A stretch of DNA of 61,173 nucleotides from a virus. A program made the position numbers and the translations under genes. This document shows, piece by piece, positions 54,539 to 61,173 of this stretch. The notes under the pieces are model-generated. The model had not been told where the DNA came from. It searched no databases and saw nothing but the letters and a program-made list of their open reading frames with translations. Positions within the stretch are counted from its first letter, which is position 1. Each line of letters begins with the position of its first letter. The stretch spans positions 1-61,173 of the IMG/VR virus record IMGVR_UViG_3300045988_099805; one strand, written 5' to 3'.

Positions 54539-55011
54539 CATTTCCTTGTACGGATTTATCAGTTGCTGGAAAATAAGCCGGAATGTCTAAGGGCAGTGGC
54601 ACAAGAAGCGGTCTGTTGTGGGAAGTCGAGAGAATACTAACAGAAATCAGAGATAGTGACGGAGAATTACCACAGATTTTATTTATGGAAAATGTACCAC
54701 AGGTACACGGAAAGAAAAATATTGATGATTTTAAAAAGTGGTTGGAGTTCTTGGAGAGTTTAGGGTACAAAAATTATTGGCAAGATTTGAATGCTAAAAA
54801 TTATGGAGTGGCGCAGAACAGAAACAGATGTTTTATGTTTTCGTTCCTTGGTAATTACTCATATGATTTTCCGAACCATATACCACTCAAAAAGAAGTTG
54901 AAAGACTATCTTGAGGATAATGTGGATGAAAGGTATTACATCCACAACGAAAAGGCTGACAAGCTGATAAAACAGCTTATTGACAACGGCACATTACCAC
55001 AACACAATATT

Positions 55012-55062
<51 letters not shown>

Positions 55063-55271
55063 TTGGGTTGTCGAGAATGAATGCAATTCTTAATTATAAT
55101 CATGTAAATAAAATTGATAATGGTGTAGCCAAAACATTGTGTGCTAGAGATTATAAAGGCTTTGGAACAGGCTTTGATACAATGAATGGAGTAATTGAAT
55201 GGAAAAATTAACAGACGCTATCGGAATAGTGCTTTTTGAAAGTGAAAAATTCGGTGGCGAAAAGGTACTTA

Positions 55272-55278
55272 GGGGGGG
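55272..55278 (+). repeat. G7 homopolymer at a frame junction inside the methyltransferase
   Basis: Two frames overlap open only across 55273-55291. G8 would read VLRGGICPTLRS. Confidence 0.8.
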
Positions 55279-55965
55279 ATTTGCCCTACCCTAAGATCCA
55301 ATAAAACAAGTAGTGGAGTGATTGAAGTAATGGCAGATGTAAAGGTAATAGGACAAATGGATAACACGATAGACAACACTTTTGAAAGTGCTAATCGTGT
55401 TTATGGCATAGAGGGTGTGGCACCAACCATGAATACTTGTGGAGGTGGTGGATTGCATCCTAAAATTTTGGAAAACAAGATAGTTGCTATGCGTGGCAGA
55501 AATCCTGATAATCCGTCAGACAGAACCGCGGGAAACCCAACGGAGCAGAGATTAGAGGTAAATATGCAAGGTACAAGTAATTGCTTAACAAGTGTGCAGA
55601 AAGATAATTTTGTGCTTGAAAAACCTTTATTGCTAGGAGGTGTCGGAAAAGAAAACGAGTTTGGCACACAATACAGGCAAGGAAACAGAGTGTATAGTTC
55701 CAATGCTTGCGCTATGGCATTAAATTCTCAGCCGGTTGGAAATGCTGGAGGAAATTCATACTTATACAATGTTGACTATCGTATCAGAAAGCTAACGCCG
55801 AGAGAATACGGACGGCTGATGGGTGTATCCGATGAAGACATATCTAAAATGGCAGCAGTAAACAGCAATACGCAGTTGTATAAGCAATTCGGAAACAGCA
55901 TTGTTGTGGATGTTATGTGTGCTATGTTTGAAAATTTGAATATCGAACAGAAATGAGGTGGAAAA

Positions 55966-56204
55966 ATGGAGTATAAGAAAATGTCATTATCAGAAGTTTT
56001 GCAAGACTTAAAAAAGAGCTTGCAGAAACCGGAATTACAGATGAATCGTATCGTGCTTATGATGATTTTGTTTCCGGGGAATTTTTCGGAATCGACTATG
56101 CAATACGGCTCATAGAGGAAAATCTTATGCCGGAAAACAAAAATAGGTGTATTGACGTTAAATGTCCTAATTGCGGTACTGTATCTAAGGTGGTGTTGTT
56201 ATGA
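55966..56204 (+). CDS. small zinc-ribbon protein needing a -1 shift at A AAA AAG (56010-56016), or a 1-nt indel
   Basis: Frame 1 gives MEYKKMSLSEVLQDLKK, then junk and a stop at 56115. The -1 frame continues as ELAETGITDESYRAYDDFVSGEFFGIDYAIRLIEEN...CPNCG and ends in an ATGA overlap with the next gene, but it has no start of its own. Confidence 0.4.
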
Positions 56205-56413
56205 ATATTCACGGAGTGAACGAAAGACAGATGCGGATTGTTGAAATATTGAAACGTGAAAAATTTTGCACGGCAACGGACTTGCAAGAAGTTTTCGGTG
56301 TTACTACACGCACGATCCGTTACGATATGGCGTATTTAAAGAAGGTTTACAAAGATAATATTGTTTGTCACCGTGGTGGTCACGGTGGTGGTATTGAATG
56401 GGTAGACAGATAA
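56201..56413 (+). CDS. DeoR/HTH_11-like winged-helix regulator (70 aa)
   Basis: ...RQMRIVEILKREKFCTATDLQEVFGVTTRTIRYDMAYL. Confidence 0.5.
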   Translation: MNIHGVNERQMRIVEILKREKFCTATDLQEVFGVTTRTIRYDMAYLKKVYKDNIVCHRGGHGGGIEWVDR

Positions 56414-56427
56414 AGGTGGTGTGAATT

Positions 56428-57225
56428 GTGGACGGATGGATAAAGCTTTACAGGAAAATGGTTGACTGCTGTATTTGGCAATCTAACGAACCGTTTGACA
56501 AAAGAAGTGCTTGGGTGGATTTGCTTCTTCTTATGCAACACAAAGAAAAGAAGATGATGGTTGATGGAGTTGTTAAGTCTGTGAAGCGTGGCTCATATAT
56601 GTTCAGCATTGACAAATTGGCGTCACGTTGGCGTTGGTCTCGTAACAAGGTTAAGCGTTACTTGAGTGAACTGGAAAGTGAACAAATGTTGTACACAGAA
56701 CGAACCAACAAAGGAACGCTCATAACCGTAGTAAATTACGGGGTTTATCAAGGGTGTGAAAAATTTGGTGAACCAACAGACGAACCAACAGACGAACCAT
56801 CAGACGAACCATCAGACGAACCATCAGACGAACCATCAGACGAACCACAAAACAAGAATATAAAGAATGTAAGAAGTAAAGAAAGAAAGAAATATATATG
56901 TGCATTTGAGGAATTTTGGAAAATTTACCCACGGAAAATCAACAAGGGTAAGGCGTATGAGTGTTACTGTGCCAGAGTAAACAGCGGTTATTCCGAGGCG
57001 GAGCTTTTAGAAGCCGTCAGAAATTATGCGGATGAATGCAAAAAGAAAGGCACGCCTACGGAGTACATAAAGCATGGAACGACATTTCTTAGTGCCGCCA
57101 CACCGTTTGTTGATTATTTAGACAAGAATTACAAGGGAGGCAATGATGGATGTAATAGACAGGACAATAGACAAAGTGATGGCGGATATTCAGATTATGA
57201 GAAATTCTTCCGAGAGGCACATTGA
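56428..57225 (+). CDS. phage replication initiator / replisome organiser (DnaD-like)
   Basis: GTG start after AAAGGTGG. N-terminal WIKLYRKM...WVDLLLL...SIDKLASRWRWSRNKVKRYLSELE wHTH. (EPTD/EPSD)n linker. C-terminal FEEFWKIYPRK domain. Confidence 0.55.
   Translation: MDGWIKLYRKMVDCCIWQSNEPFDKRSAWVDLLLLMQHKEKKMMVDGVVKSVKRGSYMFSIDKLASRWRWSRNKVKRYLSELESEQMLYTERTNKGTLITVVNYGVYQGCEKFGEPTDEPTDEPSDEPSDEPSDEPSDEPQNKNIKNVRSKERKKYICAFEEFWKIYPRKINKGKAYECYCARVNSGYSEAELLEAVRNYADECKKKGTPTEYIKHGTTFLSAATPFVDYLDKNYKGGNDGCNRQDNRQSDGGYSDYEKFFREAH
56770..56841 (+). repeat. 6 x 12-bp tandem repeat GAACCA(A/T)CAGAC inside the initiator gene
   Basis: Counted from the sequence, plus a partial seventh unit. Encodes the EPTDEPTDEPSDEPSDEPSDEPSD linker. 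Confidence 0.9.
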
Positions 57226-57991
57226 TGAAGAACCAAAGCATTCCTGCCCGGTATGTCACGATACTGGGTGGGAAGAATATGAAAAAGACGGTTACACATT
57301 CTGCAGGGAGTGTAAGTGTGGTATCCGCAGGAGGCAGATTGAAGAAAATCGGATGCGATTTGCTAATTTGCCATCGAATTTTAGTAAATTACGCATCAGC
57401 AGTTTTGATATTACCGCCTACAATAGCCCTAATTGCCAAAATGCGGCACGAAATGCCGTTAAAGGCATAAACTATTACCTAAACAATTTTAACGCCTTAA
57501 AAGGGCAAGGAAAAGGACTGTACATTTATTCGCAAACTAAAGGGAGCGGGAAAACAAGAATGGCGGTTAGTCTTGCTAATGAATTGATGGACAAGGGGGT
57601 ACAGGTTAAATTTGCTACTTCCCTGCAAATTCTGGCAGAAATCAAGAAAAGCTGGGATAAAAATTCAGAGTATCAGAGTGAAAGCGAGCTAATTAACCAG
57701 TTATCCACAACGGAAGTGCTGATTATTGACGATTTTGACGTGGAACAGGGTAGCAAGGCTTGGATAAGCGAAAGATTTTATCAAGTGATCAATTCACGCT
57801 ATATGGATAAAAAGGTGACGATTTACACCAGCAATTCCGGAATAGAAAGTCTTGGATACGATGATCGTATTGTGAACCGTATCAAGGAGAGGTCTTTTGT
57901 ATTGCCGTTCCCGGAAGAAAGCGTGAGAGATAGGATTGCTAAAGAAAATATGTATGAGTTGATAAACGCTATTAGGAGACAGGAGGGATAA
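57143..57991 (+). CDS. DnaC/IstB-like AAA+ helicase loader
   Basis: Walker A SQTKGSGKTRMA, Walker B LIIDDF, and an N-terminal CPVC...CREC zinc motif. AAGGGAGG RBS. Confidence 0.7.
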   Translation: MMDVIDRTIDKVMADIQIMRNSSERHIDEEPKHSCPVCHDTGWEEYEKDGYTFCRECKCGIRRRQIEENRMRFANLPSNFSKLRISSFDITAYNSPNCQNAARNAVKGINYYLNNFNALKGQGKGLYIYSQTKGSGKTRMAVSLANELMDKGVQVKFATSLQILAEIKKSWDKNSEYQSESELINQLSTTEVLIIDDFDVEQGSKAWISERFYQVINSRYMDKKVTIYTSNSGIESLGYDDRIVNRIKERSFVLPFPEESVRDRIAKENMYELINAIRRQEG

Positions 57992-57992
57992 T

Positions 57993-58652
57993 ATGTCGAC
58001 GAAGCATTGTGAAGCTGTGAAATCGCTTTACAAAAGAAGAGTTGAACAGGGTCTTTGCGGAAAATGCGGAAAGCCATTGGACAGAAATGGATCGGTTTGC
58101 GTTTCATGCAATGAAAAACATAAGAAATACGAAAATGAATCACGAAAATGGTATAAAGAACACGGTATATGCCCTACTTGTGGTAAAAATCAGCTTTTCG
58201 GAGACGAAAAGAACTGCCCGGAGTGCAGAGCCAAAAAAGCGGAATGGATGCAAGAGGCAAGAGGAAGGAATGGAGAAAAAATTGCCGAGCAGCATAAAAT
58301 TTCTCAAAACAGAAGATATCACGAGCTGATAGATGCCGGTATTTGCCCTAACTGCAAAAAAAGACATGCCGAAAATGGAATGAGGTTTTGCAGTATATGT
58401 CGTGCTAAACGAATTGAACAGCGTAGGATTAAAAGCGGATTTTATGCAAAGCCGAGAAAATCGGAGCGTTACACTTTTGGACTTTGCGCTTTTTGCAGCA
58501 ATCCGATAAAGCCCGGATACAAGATTTGCGAAACGCATTATCAAAAATGCTTAGAAACTGCAAATTCCGAAAATACTAAAAAAGCAAGAGAAAAATTAAA
58601 ACAGCAAGGAGTATTTATGATATGGGGGCTAAAAGATCATGATAAAGTATGA
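57993..58652 (+). CDS. multi-zinc-ribbon protein (219 aa)
   Basis: Five or more CxxC...CxxC units, such as CGKCGK...CVSC, CPTCGK...CPEC and CPNCKK...CSIC. Confidence 0.55.
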   Translation: MSTKHCEAVKSLYKRRVEQGLCGKCGKPLDRNGSVCVSCNEKHKKYENESRKWYKEHGICPTCGKNQLFGDEKNCPECRAKKAEWMQEARGRNGEKIAEQHKISQNRRYHELIDAGICPNCKKRHAENGMRFCSICRAKRIEQRRIKSGFYAKPRKSERYTFGLCAFCSNPIKPGYKICETHYQKCLETANSENTKKAREKLKQQGVFMIWGLKDHDKV

Positions 58653-58827
58653 AGATGAATGCTTGCATTGTGATACGGTTTGTATCGGTGATGGTTGTTC
58701 TAACCGCATGGTTCCGCATTGCTACTGCGATAGGTGCGGAGACGAAGAAAAGCTGTACGAATTTGACGGCAGGCAGTTGTGTAAAGATTGTGTTATTGAT
58801 TTGTTGGACGAAGTGGAGGTGGATTGA
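58639..58827 (+). CDS. zinc-ribbon protein (62 aa)
   Basis: CLHC...CDRCG...CKDC. Confidence 0.5.
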   Translation: MIKYEDECLHCDTVCIGDGCSNRMVPHCYCDRCGDEEKLYEFDGRQLCKDCVIDLLDEVEVD

Positions 58828-58829
58828 AA

Positions 58830-58997
58830 ATGAATGATAAGCAGACCAATGCCGACAGGATAAGGAATATGTCGGATGAAGAACTAGCAGAGTTTCTTTG
58901 CAAAGTAAAATCAGATTATCAGTGGATGGAACATGAATTTCCGAGCGAAGAAGAACACGGAGAGTGGGAAGAATGGCTTCAATCAGAAGCAGAATAG
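58830..58997 (+). CDS. hypothetical small acidic protein (55 aa)
   Basis: Read manually. The MSDEELAEFL motif is a paralogue of the one in 51155..51340. Confidence 0.4.
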   Translation: MNDKQTNADRIRNMSDEELAEFLCKVKSDYQWMEHEFPSEEEHGEWEEWLQSEAE

Positions 58998-59115
58998 GAG
59001 GACGCTTATGAGCAAATTAACTTTTTTCATAATTTTTATTGGAATTGTTATCATTGGAATTAGTACGACAGATTAGGAAATATGAAAGAAGTGATGAAGA
59101 AAGGAGATAAAGGAA

Positions 59116-59345
59116 ATGGAATATAGATATTTATTCAAGGCAAAGAGGATTGACAATGGAGAATGGGTTTTGGCTATATTATAAGATATGGACATACAGG
59201 GAAAGAAAAATACTATATAATTCCAAGCTATGCATCTGATTTATATTCTTTTTTAATAGACAAAAATACAATTTGCCAATGTACAGGCTTGAAAGACAAG
59301 AATGGCAGAAGAAGAAAGAAGGTAGTGATAAATCAGAGAAATTAA
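59116..59345 (+). pseudogene. YopX-family remnant (frameshifted and C-terminally truncated)
   Basis: MEYRYLFKAKRIDNGEWV (stop at 59182-84) continues in the +1 frame as FGYIIRYGHTG...QCTGLKDKNG. The junction is at a T4 run (59168-71). The usual ...EIYEGD continuation is lost. Confidence 0.55.
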
Positions 59346-59367
59346 AAAAATAATAGGAGATTGGCTT

Positions 59368-59586
59368 ATGAAGTTATCAAAACTGACTAAGCCAGAGCTT
59401 GAAGAGATACTTGAAAACGCCAATTTAACAGAAGATGAACAGATTGTTTTCGACCTTTTGTCTAAAGGGAAAACAATAACTGAAATATCGTTGGAAATTT
59501 CCGTTTGTGAAAGAACGGTAAATAGAAGGATATCAAAAATAAAAAATAAAATAAACAGGCTGGAGGGAATCGGATGGTTAAAGTGA
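59368..59586 (+). CDS. sigma-70 region-4 / LuxR-type HTH protein (72 aa)
   Basis: ...LTEDEQIVFDLLSKGKTITEISLEISVCERTVNRRISKIKNKI. Confidence 0.5.
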   Translation: MKLSKLTKPELEEILENANLTEDEQIVFDLLSKGKTITEISLEISVCERTVNRRISKIKNKINRLEGIGWLK

Positions 59587-59740
59587 CTATAGACGGAGAA
59601 GAGGTAGATATTTCCAAAATAGAATTACCGGAAGGCACTGTTAAGCTTATTGCAGAGGTAATTGACAATCAGAACTAAGGCTAGTAGAATGTGCTGTATG
59701 TGATAAATACGGCGCATTCTAATTTTTTGGAGGGATAATT

Positions 59741-61102
59741 ATGAAATGCGTAGCGTATATAAGAGTATCAACAGAAAAGCAAGCAGAGGAGGGAAACGGA
59801 TTAGATAGTCAGATAAGAGACATTAAGAATCATTGCAGAAAAAATGGAATGATTATTGAGGACTGGTATGTAGATGACGGATATACCGGATCAAATATGG
59901 ATAGGCCGGAATTGCAAAGGTTGGTAAACGATTGCACAAGAAAAAGAGTTAAATGTGTAGTTTCTTTTAAGTTAGACCGCTTGTCAAGGAGTATGATTGA
60001 TGGATTGTATTTGATTGAGAGAGTCTTTCAGCCGAACAATGTGAGATTTGAATGCGTTCATGACTCGGTAAGTTATGACAGCCCTATGGAGCAGGCATAT
60101 ACGCAGATGATGGCAGTATTCGCTCAGCTTGATAAAAACACCATGATGCTTAGAATGCGTGGAGGTATGTTGGAGCGAGTGAAGCAAGGATATTGGATGG
60201 GAGGAGGAAATTTGCCATACTGCTATTCGTATGATAAAAATAGCGGAATTTTGGTTCCCATTCCCGAAAAAGCTGATAAGGCACAAAAAGCTCTGGATTT
60301 ATTCTTGGACGGTTACTCTGATGTTAAAATAAAAAATATGTTAGGGTTTAAGTCGGAGCCGGTAGTAAAAAGCATACTAACTAGCGTAGTAAACATTGGA
60401 AAAATACCATACAAGGGTAATATCTATCAAGGTAGACATACTCCGATTTTTGACCAAGAAAAATTTGAATTAGCGCAAGAAATGAGGAAGACACGAAGTA
60501 AGTCAAAAATTTGTTGTCAAACGGAGCCAAATCTTTTGACAGGTCTTTGTTATTGCGGTGTTTGTGGATGCAAAATGAGATATCAAAAATGGACGCACGG
60601 AAAGCATAAGATATACTGTTGTTCAAGGAGTAAAGATTTGTCGTACATACCTAATTATGATGAAAATTGCGATAATTCAATAGAGTGGTCGGACGAAATT
60701 GAGGAGCAAGTCGAGAAAGAAATAATACGCATATCGCTTGACCTTTCTTCGTATAAGCCAAAAGAAAAAGAAACCAAACTTGATATTATGAGATTTCAAT
60801 TAAAAAAAGATAAAAAAAGGTTAAAAAGACTTTACGCTCTATATGCCGATGGTAATGATACTGTAATCGAAATGATCAAAGATTTAGAGTCTCAAATAGA
60901 AAAAACGAAAAAAAATATATCTGACGAAGAAAAAAACAATGCCAATAGTCAGAAAAAAGAATTTGTTTACGAAAATATAAAAAAAATTGCCGATGTATGG
61001 AAGTACACCGACAAAAAACATAAAAATATGATATTAAAGACTATAATAGATAAAATCGTAATAGTCAATGGAAATATCGAAATTCAGTTAAAAAAATTTT
61101 AG
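59741..61102 (+). CDS. int: large serine recombinase (integrase)
   Basis: N-terminal resolvase domain (AYIRVSTEKQ with the catalytic Ser, ...LDRLSRS), a recombinase domain, a Cys-rich zinc-ribbon (CYCGVCGCKM...CC) and a C-terminal coiled coil. Confidence 0.9.
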   Translation: MKCVAYIRVSTEKQAEEGNGLDSQIRDIKNHCRKNGMIIEDWYVDDGYTGSNMDRPELQRLVNDCTRKRVKCVVSFKLDRLSRSMIDGLYLIERVFQPNNVRFECVHDSVSYDSPMEQAYTQMMAVFAQLDKNTMMLRMRGGMLERVKQGYWMGGGNLPYCYSYDKNSGILVPIPEKADKAQKALDLFLDGYSDVKIKNMLGFKSEPVVKSILTSVVNIGKIPYKGNIYQGRHTPIFDQEKFELAQEMRKTRSKSKICCQTEPNLLTGLCYCGVCGCKMRYQKWTHGKHKIYCCSRSKDLSYIPNYDENCDNSIEWSDEIEEQVEKEIIRISLDLSSYKPKEKETKLDIMRFQLKKDKKRLKRLYALYADGNDTVIEMIKDLESQIEKTKKNISDEEKNNANSQKKEFVYENIKKIADVWKYTDKKHKNMILKTIIDKIVIVNGNIEIQLKKF

Positions 61103-61118
61103 CATAAACATAATGCCA

Positions 61119-61173
61119 TGCCTACGGCATTAAGTTAGTGCTAACGCCGTATTTATCACTATTTCAAAATACT
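61119..61173. repeat. terminal direct repeat, right copy
   Basis: Identical to nt 1-55. Confidence 0.9.

Noticed and set aside
54574-54576. Hypothesis that the in-frame TAA, together with hairpin loops that would present a UUA anticodon (11468-11492 and 11534-11550), signals ochre suppression or stop-codon recoding
   Set aside because: TAA, TAG and TGA all terminate strongly supported genes: portal and capsid end in TAA, terL and TMP in TAG, and RT in TGA. The UUA-presenting hairpins lack U33, a purine at position 37 and a D-arm. No other conserved gene has an in-frame TAA.

Overview
The window is a complete, circularly closed genome of about 61.1 kb (nt 1-55 are identical to nt 61119-61173). 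It belongs to a temperate siphovirus-like phage of a low-GC Gram-positive host, judged from Firmicute-phage gene families and strong AGGAGG ribosome-binding sites. All calls come from reading the sequence and the ORF translations by eye; no database or folding software was available, so family names are recognition-level and coordinates of RNA elements are approximate.

Layout:
- 0.1-3.7 kb: cargo genes next to the att site.
- 3.7-7.9 kb: accessory island. It carries a self-contained promoter / repeat / 32-nt spacer / repeat / terminator unit that looks like a phage-borne type I-E mini-CRISPR array (4.73-4.90 kb). It also has a leftward operon of small genes and an HTH gene flanked by two mirror-image copies of one promoter/operator.
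- 8.1-9.5 kb: polypurine and AT-only tracts, then a terS-like gene wrapped in GC-rich structured RNA.
- 11.0-11.9 kb: tRNA-Gln followed by about 0.7 kb of tightly packed tRNA-like and structured RNA.
- 14.7-38.4 kb: packaging, head, tail and lysis genes.
- 38.4-40.3 kb: immunity switch.
- 44-58 kb: recombination and replication module.
- 59.7-61.1 kb: large serine integrase.

Two systems sit inside the recombination/replication module:
- A complete diversity-generating retroelement at 45.9-48.7 kb, with two tandem variable-protein genes, Avd, a 75-nt template repeat and the RT.
- A DNA-modification block at 51.3-56.0 kb. A PAPS-reductase-family gene and a multi-TRD C5-cytosine methyltransferase are each interrupted by tetranucleotide microsatellites: (ACAG)n twice and (ACTT)n once. 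Each tract sits one or two repeat units out of frame. This is a candidate phase-variable (contingency-locus) epigenetic module on a phage.
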